Virus record (IMG/VR): IMGVR_UViG_3300025358_000002
Span: 32,001-96,000 of that record
Strand: one strand, 5' to 3'
DNA length: 64,000 nucleotides
Source of the DNA: a virus
Taxonomy: Duplodnaviria; Caudoviricetes
The notes below the pieces were generated by a model. That model searched no databases and was not told the origin of the DNA. It was given only the letters and a program-made list of their open reading frames with translations. Made by a program: the position numbers and the translations under genes. Below, piece after piece: positions 27,776-36,815 of this stretch (position 1 is its first letter; every line of letters starts with the position of its first letter).

Positions 27776-29629
27776 ATGTCTTCAGATAAAGTTATATACA
27801 TCCAGAGAAGTGAAATTCTCAATGGAGTACTAAGATACAGCAGTCTGGACGAAGAAGTCAAGAAATTATTTTCATTGGATTCCTACGGTACTCTCCGGGA
27901 TCGTGACAAGATCAGCTTTTTTGATGACTTGATCAGGTATAACGGTTACGAATTGCAGTTTGAAGATCAAGATGCTGAGGACAGGTACTACTCCCTCTTG
28001 GCATGTAGTAGGAACCCGTACGAGGTGAACAGTCCTTTCTTGGATGATCACCAGCTCTTCCCATTTCAACACATCGGGTTGAACTACGTCTGGGAACAAC
28101 TGCATTCTAGCAAACCAAGGGTGCTGGTCCAGTGGGACACTGGTGCTGGTAAGACTCTTCTCAGTTGCTTGACCAGCCAGAAATTGTTCGATGCTGGCGA
28201 TGTGGACCTTGTTCTGGTCTTCTGCAAAAAGATCAAGCAGTACGACTGGGAGCAAGAGTACCGTCGTATGACCCATCTTACTGTTGCACGTGTTGGCGAG
28301 AAGATGACCCGTGCCAAGCGTCATGCATTTTATGAGCAAGATAAGTCGCAGGTGCTAGTTCTTAATTACGAGAAAGTGCGTGACGGATCTCTCAAGAAGG
28401 TCAAGGGAGAACGTCGACGCGTTAAATCGTATGACCGCACTGACCTTCAGCAGATACTCGAGATGGCGTCCGACAAGCGTGTGCTGGTTGTCATTGATGA
28501 ATCACAGAAGATTAACACTGGCACTAGTTTATTGAGTGATGGGTTTACTCGCTTGATCAACGAAGTGGCAGACACTATGGTGCTGGCGCTTACAGCTACT
28601 CCCTACACCACCAGCCCACTGAACATCCGCAACATTATGTCAGTGGTTGCTCCTGGTATACCGGATGTAAGCGACATGAGTCGCGACAAATTTAAGTCCA
28701 TGTACGGCAAAGAGTTTGGTCTCTTTAACAATGGGTTTGTCCAGGAAGTGTACGTCAAGGAATGGGACCGTGCCAAGCTCCCTATCTTGGGTAAGAAGCA
28801 CGAGGACTGGACGCACATCGCAATGAAGAGTGACCCTACTATTGCAGCCCAGTTTCCTGAGAGTATGCCCAAGCGTCTGGTGTACGAGCTGTCAGATCTT
28901 GACCGTGAGATCTACGACTGGGCGGAAGAGCGTGCTCGAGAAAAGTACAACCCTGACAATCAGGTAGCCAACTGGTCATACATTGACACCCTGCGCATGA
29001 TCTGCAACACCACCGAGGGACTGAAGAACAGTGACAGCAAGTTCGCCAAGGAAATCGTGGCAGAATTTGGCAGCGACATCAGCATCCAGAACAGCTCCAA
29101 GTATCAACTGATCGAGGGCAACCTTGAATCCTACATTGAAAATGGCGACAAGTCTGTGCTGTTTACGTTCTGGACAAACGGAACGCTGTTCCCTTATCTC
29201 GAAGCCCTAAGGGCTAAGTTCTCTGGCGTACCCATCCTCCCTATCTGGGGCGTGGGCATGAGCAGCGACGAAGTAACCAAGAATATCAAAACATTCAACG
29301 ACACCAAAGGACCGGCCATCCTGATCACCAGTGATGTCGGTCAGGAAGGGCTGAATCTGTATGCGCCATACCTCTGGAATATTGAGATTCCAAGAACTTA
29401 TGCGGAATATAAACAAAGAGCTAACCGAATTAACCGAGCTGACTCGAAATCAAAGGGAATTAATCACACTTGGATCTACCGCCCAGTTGCGAGCAATACA
29501 ATCGAAGAGCGCGTTGATAGTAAAGTTCTGCGAAGAAGAGCTGAAGCGGAATCTATCCGTGGAGTAGTCGACGAGCTAGGCGACATGGAAGACACTATTG
29601 ATCTAACCCCTAAGGGTTTTCTTTTCTAG
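27776..29629 (+). CDS. SNF2-family (superfamily 2) helicase/ATPase
   Basis: LFPFQHIG, DTGAGKT, VIDESQ, ALTATP, TSDVGQEGLNL, QRANRINR, TIEERV. Confidence 0.9.
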   Translation: MSSDKVIYIQRSEILNGVLRYSSLDEEVKKLFSLDSYGTLRDRDKISFFDDLIRYNGYELQFEDQDAEDRYYSLLACSRNPYEVNSPFLDDHQLFPFQHIGLNYVWEQLHSSKPRVLVQWDTGAGKTLLSCLTSQKLFDAGDVDLVLVFCKKIKQYDWEQEYRRMTHLTVARVGEKMTRAKRHAFYEQDKSQVLVLNYEKVRDGSLKKVKGERRRVKSYDRTDLQQILEMASDKRVLVVIDESQKINTGTSLLSDGFTRLINEVADTMVLALTATPYTTSPLNIRNIMSVVAPGIPDVSDMSRDKFKSMYGKEFGLFNNGFVQEVYVKEWDRAKLPILGKKHEDWTHIAMKSDPTIAAQFPESMPKRLVYELSDLDREIYDWAEERAREKYNPDNQVANWSYIDTLRMICNTTEGLKNSDSKFAKEIVAEFGSDISIQNSSKYQLIEGNLESYIENGDKSVLFTFWTNGTLFPYLEALRAKFSGVPILPIWGVGMSSDEVTKNIKTFNDTKGPAILITSDVGQEGLNLYAPYLWNIEIPRTYAEYKQRANRINRADSKSKGINHTWIYRPVASNTIEERVDSKVLRRRAEAESIRGVVDELGDMEDTIDLTPKGFLF

Positions 29630-29773
29630 AAAGGATGTAAAGGTGGGGAGAACTTGGTCCCAGATAGTGAGGCGGCTGAATGTTTATCGTCGTCTCCAGA
29701 AGGGCCCGGTCTTCCTCGGGGGTCGCAGTCGGTGTCATACTTTGACTCCCCCCGAGGCCCTTCTGTAAACATT

Positions 29774-30133
29774 ATGCAATTAACAATTGATTACAGCTGG
29801 CAAAACAATGCCACGTGCAGCACCATGGACCTCAATGATTTTTTCTTAGGTCACGGTAAAAAATATTCAAAAGCAGTATCTGATGCGTGCACCTCTTGTC
29901 CGGTAAACAAAGAATGCTTAGACCATGCATTGAAGTATGAAGAGTATGGTTTTTGGGCTAACACCACGCCGCAAAGACGAGTAAAGATGCGCAAGGAACT
30001 TGGCATCAAGGTAGAAAGCATCACGTACGAATCTCAAAAAGCTGCTGACAAAGATGCTGCCAAGATAGAAGAGACGCGTGTTAAGATTAGAGGGCGCGGC
30101 AGAAAGCCACGCAATCTTCAGGAGCAGCTATGA
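29774..30133 (+). CDS. whiB: WhiB-family Fe-S transcription factor
   Basis: WQNNATC...FF...CTSCPVNKECLDHAL..EEYGFWANTTPQRR (4 Cys and a GxW turn); ATG 29774 preferred over the track start 29654. Confidence 0.85.
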   Translation: MQLTIDYSWQNNATCSTMDLNDFFLGHGKKYSKAVSDACTSCPVNKECLDHALKYEEYGFWANTTPQRRVKMRKELGIKVESITYESQKAADKDAAKIEETRVKIRGRGRKPRNLQEQL

Positions 30134-30831
30134 GATCAGTTAGAGTCGGTTTGGTAATCCCCGTATTGAATAACTTCGATCAAGCAATCGATGCCATCTA
30201 CTCAGCTAAGAGTGAAAACGATCTTAGGATCTACATCCAACCACAGTATCGTTATCAGGTGCCATTGGCAGCAGCATGGAATCGTGGCATCAAACAAGCT
30301 TACAATGATGGCTGTGTTGTTACTATTGTTAGTAACGACGACGTTCTGTTCGCCCCAAACACCATCGATGAACTGGCCGATGCGGCTAGAGACATGAACG
30401 ACGATGAGATCATGGTGCACCCCAACGACATCCTGGAAATACTGGATGACCCGTCAGAAATTTTATTCTTAGACGAATGGGGCGACGAACCACTTAGTCA
30501 CGAAGATCAAACATTCTCGTGCTTTGCTATCAGATCAGACTTTACTTCTGAGATGGGTACGTTCGATGAGAACTTTGACCCAGCCTGGTGGGAAGACACT
30601 GACATGAAGTACCGTATCAATCTCATGGGTTACAAACGTGTGCGTACACACATTCCATATGTGCACCTGCGCCACCAGTCAACACAGAAGCTGAACCTTC
30701 CACTCAACTCATTGAAGAGTGGCGAATACTATGCTAAGAAGTGGGGTAGCAACGGTAGAGGCTTGACAGAAACGTTTACCAACCCGTATAATGATCCTAG
30801 CTTAAGTCCTACAGAGTGGAGAAAACTGTGA
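30130..30831 (+). CDS. Glycosyltransferase family 2
   Basis: VIPVLN, AAAWNRGI, SNDD, GTFDENF...WEDTD...R, YVHLRHQS. Confidence 0.85.
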   Translation: MRSVRVGLVIPVLNNFDQAIDAIYSAKSENDLRIYIQPQYRYQVPLAAAWNRGIKQAYNDGCVVTIVSNDDVLFAPNTIDELADAARDMNDDEIMVHPNDILEILDDPSEILFLDEWGDEPLSHEDQTFSCFAIRSDFTSEMGTFDENFDPAWWEDTDMKYRINLMGYKRVRTHIPYVHLRHQSTQKLNLPLNSLKSGEYYAKKWGSNGRGLTETFTNPYNDPSLSPTEWRKL

Positions 30832-32099
30832 GCAAGACGCGCGTATTGGCATGGGGCGACTACGCCTGCAGTACTGGATTCGGCACCGTGATGAAGAACA
30901 TCATGAGTGAGTTAAACAATACTGGCAAGTATGAGATTGACGTTGTGGGTGTCAACTATGACGGTGGCCCATACGACACTGAGAAGTGGCCAGGCACACT
31001 GTGGCCAGCCATCAGCGCACTGCGCACACAGGGTCCATACGGTGACGTGTTCGGTCGACAGGTATTCCTAGACCTGCTGGGAACACGTGAGTACGATGTT
31101 GTGTTTATCGTGCAAGACACGTTCATCGTTCTGCCAATCGTAGCTCAGATCCTCGAGCTGCAGCGCACTAAAACTAAGACGTTCTCCACTGTTTACTACT
31201 ACCCGTTCGACTGCGCACCACGAGAAGAGTGGGTCACTCAGTGTGTTGCTAGCTTTGACTTCCCTGTTGCTTATACGGAATACGCAAAGAACGAAAGCCG
31301 AAAGTTCATTGGTGGTTTGGCAGACAAGCAGCACGTTATCTACCACGGTACCAACACCAAGGACTTCTACCCATTGTCACCAACCGACAAAGAATCTGCA
31401 CGCCAGTCAATCTTCCCAGCTCAGCTGCAAGACAAGTTTATTATCACCAATGTCAACCGTAACCAGGGGCGCAAGGATGTGTCTCGTAGCTTGATGATTC
31501 TCAAGCAGCTGAAAGACATGGGTGTTAAGGAAGCATTCCTTTACATGCACATGCAGGAGACGGACTTCGGTGGCAGCCTTATGCAAATGGCACAAGCTAT
31601 TGGTGTTAAGCCAAGCGAAGACTTCACCGTACCAGACCCACGTCAGTTCGGTGCGCACAGTGGATTTCCCATTGAGTTTCTCAACGGTATCTACAACGCT
31701 AGTGACTGCTACTTGACCACCACACACGGTGAGGGTTGGGGACTTAGTATCACTGAATCTATGGCCACCAAGCTTCCTGTTGTTGCTCCTGACAACACCT
31801 CAGCACCTGAGATCCTGGGTAATGACCGTGGCTGGAGAATTAGCAGTGGCCGTACACCTTCGCACTGGATTATCAAGGACAACGACAACGAGCGTATGCG
31901 TCCGCTGATGGATGTTGAAGAGGCCGCCAACACCATCAAGTACATCATGGACAACCCTGACGAAGCTGCTCGGCGTGCTGAGAATGCTTACGCATGGATC
32001 CAAGAACACACTTGGTCAGATGTATGCAAGCAGTGGCTCAACGTGTTCAAGCTGGCGGCCAACAGCGCAAAGTCTAAGAACCTGTTGAAGGGACAATGA
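30828..32099 (+). CDS. Glycosyltransferase family 4 (GT-B)
   Basis: STGFGTV, IYHG, NVNRNQGRKD, YNASDCYLTTTHGEGWGLSITESMAT. Confidence 0.9.
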   Translation: MSKTRVLAWGDYACSTGFGTVMKNIMSELNNTGKYEIDVVGVNYDGGPYDTEKWPGTLWPAISALRTQGPYGDVFGRQVFLDLLGTREYDVVFIVQDTFIVLPIVAQILELQRTKTKTFSTVYYYPFDCAPREEWVTQCVASFDFPVAYTEYAKNESRKFIGGLADKQHVIYHGTNTKDFYPLSPTDKESARQSIFPAQLQDKFIITNVNRNQGRKDVSRSLMILKQLKDMGVKEAFLYMHMQETDFGGSLMQMAQAIGVKPSEDFTVPDPRQFGAHSGFPIEFLNGIYNASDCYLTTTHGEGWGLSITESMATKLPVVAPDNTSAPEILGNDRGWRISSGRTPSHWIIKDNDNERMRPLMDVEEAANTIKYIMDNPDEAARRAENAYAWIQEHTWSDVCKQWLNVFKLAANSAKSKNLLKGQ

Positions 32100-32755
32100 T
32101 GAGAAATAACGTACTGTTGATCGTTCCTACGCGCAGTAGACCAGAGAAATCTTTTGAGTTCTACGAAGCGTTCAAGGAGAACTCAAGTATCACTGATCTC
32201 TTGTTTGCCCTGGACGATGACGACTTTGAGTACCCACAGATCGAGGGCGTACAGTACGAGATCAATCCACGCATGGGTATGAACGGAACGCTTAACTTCG
32301 TAGCCAACAAGTACGCTGAGGAATACGATTACCTTGCTTTTATGGGTGACGATCACCGCATTCGTACCAAGAATTGGGACAAGGAACTTGTGTCAACGAT
32401 CACTGGCTTTGAGAATGGCGTAGCTTATGGCAACGACCTGTTGCAGGGACAGAACCTACCAACAGCTGTCTTGATGGATGCTCACATTGTACGCAAGCTG
32501 GGATACATGGCACCACCTAAGCAGCGTCACCTATACCTGGATGACTTCTGGAAGACGCTTGGCGAAGGTCTGGGTACACTACGCTATAGCCCAGGTGTAA
32601 TCATTGAGCACCTGCACTTCACCAACGGCAAGGCAGACGAGGACGCATTGTATCAGGAAGTAAACGCACCAGCTTTGTTCGATCAAGATCGCAAAGCATA
32701 TGGCGAGTACATGCTTCACGACTTCGTTAATGATCTGGCTAAGCTGAGAGGTTAG
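32096..32755 (+). CDS. Glycosyltransferase family 2-like
   Basis: IVPTRSRP, FALDDDD, AFMGDDH, HLYLDD, IEHLH. Confidence 0.8.
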   Translation: MMRNNVLLIVPTRSRPEKSFEFYEAFKENSSITDLLFALDDDDFEYPQIEGVQYEINPRMGMNGTLNFVANKYAEEYDYLAFMGDDHRIRTKNWDKELVSTITGFENGVAYGNDLLQGQNLPTAVLMDAHIVRKLGYMAPPKQRHLYLDDFWKTLGEGLGTLRYSPGVIIEHLHFTNGKADEDALYQEVNAPALFDQDRKAYGEYMLHDFVNDLAKLRG

Positions 32756-32756
32756 C

Positions 32757-33338
32757 ATGGAGTGGAAACTTTTTGGCGGTGAAACTTCAGAGTATGCCAG
32801 CAAAGATTGGTATGAAAGTCGTGAAGTAGCCAACCATCTTGACCAGCAAGAACACCGTGAGCGTTTGCTTAAAGCGTTTTATTTCGTTCGTGAAGCAATT
32901 GAGATGGGTGCTAAGTCTGTTGTAGACCTCGGATGTGGTGATGGCGGTCTGCTGTCATTGCTTAAAGATGAGCCCATTGAAGCATGGGGCTATGATCTTA
33001 TGCCAGTCAACGTTGAGTACGCCAAGAATGTTAGAGGTGTAGATGCACGTTACACCGACTTTAACAACGATAGCAGTATTGAATACGCAGACGTTGCTGT
33101 CATGACTGAAACGCTTGAGCACATGGAAGACCCACACTTAGTCGTTAGAGAATTGCCATCCAAGTTCTTGGTAGCAAGCAGTCCATATAATGAAAACGAC
33201 GTATCACACTATGAGTTCCACCTCTGGGCTTGGGATAACGATGGATACCGAAAGCTTTTAGAGCAGGGCGGCTACACAGTTATCAGGCAAGAGAATGTAA
33301 GTGGTTGGTCACAGGTTTTGCTGGGAGTTAGACAATGA
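32757..33338 (+). CDS. Class I SAM-dependent methyltransferase
   Basis: VVDLGCGDGGLL, GYD, ETLEHMEDP. Confidence 0.9.
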   Translation: MEWKLFGGETSEYASKDWYESREVANHLDQQEHRERLLKAFYFVREAIEMGAKSVVDLGCGDGGLLSLLKDEPIEAWGYDLMPVNVEYAKNVRGVDARYTDFNNDSSIEYADVAVMTETLEHMEDPHLVVRELPSKFLVASSPYNENDVSHYEFHLWAWDNDGYRKLLEQGGYTVIRQENVSGWSQVLLGVRQ

Positions 33339-34210
33339 AAATCCTTATTACTGGCTACAAAGGATTTGTTGGCAGATACTTTGTTAGAAAGTACGGAAGC
33401 GACCACGACATCACTGGCATCGACATTGTAGACGGTCGTGAGCATGATGTCCGCGAATTCTTTAAGCGCAACAGAGAACACTATGATCTTGTAATCCATC
33501 TAGCAGCTGTTGTAGGTGGCCGCATGACTATCGAAGGCAACCCACTCTCTGTTGCTGTAGACCTTTCCATTGATGCAGAGATGTTCCAATGGGCATTGCG
33601 CACTAAGCCAGGACGCATCGTTTACTTCTCTAGCTCCGCTGCTTATCCCATTGATCTGCAGACAAGAGATTCCGGCATCAAGCTTCGTGAAGATGCTATC
33701 GACATCAACAACCTGAAGATGCCCGACCTTACGTACGGTTGGAGCAAGCTGACCGGTGAGTACCAGGCACAGTTCGTTCAGGCGGAAGGTGTCAAGGTAA
33801 ACGTCTTCCGTCCGTTCAGTGGTTACGGGGCTGATCAGGATCTGGACTATCCTTTCCCATCGTTTATTAAGCGTGGCAAAGACCGTAGCAACCCATTTGA
33901 GATCTGGGGTGATGGATGCCAGGTCAGAGACTTTATCCACATAACTGACATTGTCAACGCAGTTGATGAAGCCGTGCGTCAGGATGTAGAAGGTCCAGTG
34001 AACCTGGGCTGGGGTAGACCAACTTCTTTTAACGAGCTTGCCGAGATAGTATGCCACCAAGTGGGCTACGAACCAGAGATCAAGCACATTGAAACAGCAC
34101 CTACCGGAGTAATGTATCGCGTGTGTGACCCCACAAAGATGCTGTCTTTCTATCAGCCAAAGATCTCCCTGGAAGACGGTGTTGATCTAGCACTGGCATT
34201 CAATGTCTGA
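33335..34210 (+). CDS. NAD-dependent NDP-sugar epimerase/dehydratase (extended SDR, GDP-mannose-epimerase/fucose-synthase-like)
   Basis: ITGYKGFVG, HLAAVVGG, SSSAAYP, YGWSK, IWGDGCQVRDFIHITD. Confidence 0.9.
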   Translation: MKILITGYKGFVGRYFVRKYGSDHDITGIDIVDGREHDVREFFKRNREHYDLVIHLAAVVGGRMTIEGNPLSVAVDLSIDAEMFQWALRTKPGRIVYFSSSAAYPIDLQTRDSGIKLREDAIDINNLKMPDLTYGWSKLTGEYQAQFVQAEGVKVNVFRPFSGYGADQDLDYPFPSFIKRGKDRSNPFEIWGDGCQVRDFIHITDIVNAVDEAVRQDVEGPVNLGWGRPTSFNELAEIVCHQVGYEPEIKHIETAPTGVMYRVCDPTKMLSFYQPKISLEDGVDLALAFNV

Positions 34211-34790
34211 GATCACCGCACTGATCAGAACCATCGGCAGGCCAACACTCGGCAATGCCATTGAGTGCGCAAAGCGTGAGTTTGACAGAGTAGTTGTTGT
34301 CGCTGACAACGTTGATATCTCACAAGATGTTGACAACGTTACCTACTTGCGTACCGGACAGAAGTTCGGATTCTATGGAGGAGCGGCTATCAACATGGGT
34401 GCTTACGCCACAACCACCGACTTCTTCTGCCTGCTGGATGACGACGATGAATACGTAGATGGTGCAGGGTACAAGATGAAGTCCTGCATCATAGAAGAAC
34501 CTGATGTTGACATCTGGATTCCCGGCCTTCTTTACAACGACGGTGCGACTGCATGTATGTCAGATGCAGCAGGTGTAGCGATTGGCAACATTGCTGTCCC
34601 AACGTATCGCACACAGCTACTGTGGGAGCAGCCATTCCACGCCAAGCTTGGAATCCATGACATCAACTGCATAGATTTTTATCACGTCTTGTCTTTACAT
34701 GCCGCTGGCCATAGTGTACAATGGTACGGAGAAGCACTGTACAGGGTGAGACCAGAACTATCTGGTAGATTTGGAAAAGGAAGCGTATGA
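34203..34790 (+). CDS. Glycosyltransferase family 2-like
   Basis: IRTIGRPTL, VVVVAD, CLLDDDD. Confidence 0.75.
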   Translation: MSEITALIRTIGRPTLGNAIECAKREFDRVVVVADNVDISQDVDNVTYLRTGQKFGFYGGAAINMGAYATTTDFFCLLDDDDEYVDGAGYKMKSCIIEEPDVDIWIPGLLYNDGATACMSDAAGVAIGNIAVPTYRTQLLWEQPFHAKLGIHDINCIDFYHVLSLHAAGHSVQWYGEALYRVRPELSGRFGKGSV

Positions 34791-34969
34791 CGTTTGATGA
34801 ATGGTTGAAGTTCGGAGTGGACAATGGTTACTGCAGCGAACAGTTCTGTGACACTCATGATGGACCACCTATGCACGAGAGCGAAGAGCTAGCGTGGGAA
34901 GAAGGTGGCGATCCTTGTATGCACATGGTGCGTCTTGGCACACCATCTGACTGGGACATCAGCGAATAA
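34787..34969 (+). CDS. Small hypothetical protein (Cys/His)
   Basis: 60 aa; FDEWL..G...GYC...CDTHDG...DPC.H.VRL; coupled start. Confidence 0.65.
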   Translation: MTFDEWLKFGVDNGYCSEQFCDTHDGPPMHESEELAWEEGGDPCMHMVRLGTPSDWDISE

Positions 34970-35014
34970 TCCGTAGATGCAGCACCTCCTGGGTATGAGG
35001 AAAACTACCCACCA

Positions 35015-35086
35015 GCCCTTGTAGCTCAGGGGAAGAGCGCTTCACTTGTAATGAAGGGGTCGGGGGTTCGAATCCCTCCGGGGGCA
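35015..35086 (+). tRNA. tRNA-Thr(TGT)
   Basis: Acceptor GCCCTTG/CGGGGGC, D-arm TAGCTCAGGGGAAGAGC, anticodon arm CTTCA-CTTGTAA-TGAAG, T-loop GGTTCGAATCC; CCA not encoded. Confidence 0.9.
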
Positions 35087-35088
35087 CT

Positions 35089-35316
35089 ATGACATTAAAC
35101 CAAGCAGCAAAGATCATGTTGGAGCTGGCGAAGATACCTGCACAGCCCAAGTTGATTGCAGCGTTTAGTAATTACTCAGCCAATAGCATGTGGGTCAAGG
35201 GTGTCTTAAAGGCCGCTGCCCCAGCTGCGAACAGTATGAGTAATCCCGCATACGAAGAGGCGATTAACGTCTTGCGTTTGAACGGGATTGATGTTAACAT
35301 CTTTGATACCAACTAA
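35089..35316 (+). CDS. Hypothetical protein
   Basis: 75 aa ORF directly after tRNA-Thr. Confidence 0.5.
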   Translation: MTLNQAAKIMLELAKIPAQPKLIAAFSNYSANSMWVKGVLKAAAPAANSMSNPAYEEAINVLRLNGIDVNIFDTN

Positions 35317-35330
35317 GTAAGGAGTAAAAA

Positions 35331-35507
35331 ATGCACCACGAAACCTGGTGGACAATTCTCACTGATCCCAACCACCTCATTGCAGAAGCAATAGTAGGGT
35401 TTGTGGAAGAACTTCTCGTTCTTGGAATCGGCTATGCTTTTGGTCGCAAGAAGATTTGGCAAAAGATTCACAAGCAGTTCGATGAAGAGCACAACATCGA
35501 GCACTAG
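35331..35507 (+). CDS. Small membrane protein, 58 aa (not in ORF track)
   Basis: RBS AAGGAG; MHHETWWTILTDPNHLIAEAIVGFVEELLVLGIGYAFGRKKIWQKIHKQFDEEHNIEH*. Confidence 0.7.
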   Translation: MHHETWWTILTDPNHLIAEAIVGFVEELLVLGIGYAFGRKKIWQKIHKQFDEEHNIEH

Positions 35508-35512
35508 GATTG

Positions 35513-35585
35513 GCCCCAGTAGCTCAGTGGACAGAGCAGGTGGTTTCTACCCATCTGGCCGGGGGTTCGAATCCCTCCTGGGGTA
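35513..35585 (+). tRNA. tRNA-Arg(TCT)
   Basis: Acceptor GCCCCAG/CTGGGGT, anticodon arm GGTGG-TTTCTAC-CCATC, T-loop GGTTCGAATCC. Confidence 0.85.
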
Positions 35586-35624
35586 CGCAGTAACAAATAA
35601 AAAAACAAATAGAAAGGCATTAAA

Positions 35625-35879
35625 ATGGTAGTATATTTTGAGGTAGTAATCTGGGCAATCCTGGCAGCATCGTTGCTGGCATCAGTGTTCTCTTTTTTTA
35701 GCGCATTGTTCCAGCCAGCTCGTGCGTTCAGAAAGAATGGTCAGAAGAAGTACGTGTGGTTGTTGTTGATCTTCGTCTTTGGCGTGTTCGCTGCTGCTCC
35801 ATACCTGCACTTGATCCGTCCTAAGCTTATCTTGACGCGTGAGGTGCTTGACGTACGCAACGTACGCTACGGGAACTAA
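35625..35879 (+). CDS. DUF2516-like small membrane protein
   Basis: Two hydrophobic segments separated by PARAFRKNGQKKYVWLLL, followed by YL..IRPKL. Confidence 0.55.
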   Translation: MVVYFEVVIWAILAASLLASVFSFFSALFQPARAFRKNGQKKYVWLLLIFVFGVFAAAPYLHLIRPKLILTREVLDVRNVRYGN

Positions 35880-35885
35880 GGTTCA

Positions 35886-35958
35886 GGATGGTTAGCTCAG
35901 TTGGTAGAGCTCCTGATTTACACTCAGGCGGTCGGGGGTTCGAGTCCCTCACCATCCA
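35886..35958 (+). tRNA. tRNA-Val(TAC)
   Basis: Acceptor GGATGGT/ACCATCC, anticodon arm CCTGA-TTTACAC-TCAGG, T-loop GGTTCGAGTCC. Confidence 0.92.
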
Positions 35959-35981
35959 CTGCATTATAGTAAGGAGAAACA

Positions 35982-36329
35982 ATGACAACGTTGATGAAGA
36001 CAACAGCAAAGAATACCATTCAACTCGCAACGATATTAACGTTGTGGAAAATGGGAAGAGAAAACGTTAAAAGAAAGAAGCTCATGGAAAAAACGCCAAG
36101 AGAAGACATAATTATTAAACCTTACGAGTTCGGTGTATACGAACCAGCCCTGATTGAAATCATGGGCACGTTGTCATCGCTTATGGAAACCATCTTGCGT
36201 AACGGCATTGATGTAGACCCAACGGTAATGAAGTCGGCACAAGAGATCATCAACGATTTTCAAACCGTGCTGGACATGAAAAAGAAATACCTAGCAAACC
36301 TAGAAAAGGAAAAGGAAAATGGAAATTAA
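35982..36329 (+). CDS. Hypothetical protein
   Basis: RBS AAGGAG; 115 aa. Confidence 0.6.
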   Translation: MTTLMKTTAKNTIQLATILTLWKMGRENVKRKKLMEKTPREDIIIKPYEFGVYEPALIEIMGTLSSLMETILRNGIDVDPTVMKSAQEIINDFQTVLDMKKKYLANLEKEKENGN

Positions 36330-36657
36330 ATTGAGTGTCAGTATCGGAGCAACACTCCAGGTAAAGAATGCTAAGGGCGAATGGGACTGGATCAAGCCAG
36401 AGGTCGGCTGCGAAGTTAAGCTAGTAGATGGTGAGATCAAAGCAGAAACACTCCCCGTACAGTTTGCAGCTATGTGGGATGACGTAGTAGGGCCACAGTT
36501 TGCCAACGTAGTCGTTGAACTGATTGAAGGTTCAGTGCCAAAGCCTGAAGCTGATGAAGTTGCTGAGGATTCCACTGAATCTGGTGAGGAGTTCATCGAG
36601 AAGCTCACCGCTATTATGGACGAGAAGCCGAACACTGATGAGGATGATTACTACTAA
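36319..36657 (+). CDS. Hypothetical acidic protein
   Basis: RBS AAGGA; 112 aa. Confidence 0.6.
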   Translation: MEIKLSVSIGATLQVKNAKGEWDWIKPEVGCEVKLVDGEIKAETLPVQFAAMWDDVVGPQFANVVVELIEGSVPKPEADEVAEDSTESGEEFIEKLTAIMDEKPNTDEDDYY

Positions 36658-36815
36658 TGCAAGTCTGGGTTGTAACTACAAAAGAAAAGGGCAAGGTTGT
36701 AGGTGTTTACTCCGATCCTGCTTATGCTAAGAAGAACATTGTTGACCCTGACAACGTAGTGGTTACCAAGTTTCAGGTGAACGACACTGTTAAGAAATCA
36801 AAGAAGAGTGCTTGA
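36657..36815 (+). CDS. Small hypothetical protein, 52 aa (not in track)
   Basis: TAATG coupling; MQVWVVTTKEKGKVVGVYSD... Confidence 0.55.
   Translation: MQVWVVTTKEKGKVVGVYSDPAYAKKNIVDPDNVVVTKFQVNDTVKKSKKSA

Noticed and set aside
35513-35585. Possible amber-suppressor tRNA (CTA appears in the loop) and stop-codon recoding
   Set aside because: The 7-nt loop TTTCTAC centres on TCT (Arg); genes are intact in the standard code and TAG, TGA and TAA all end genes
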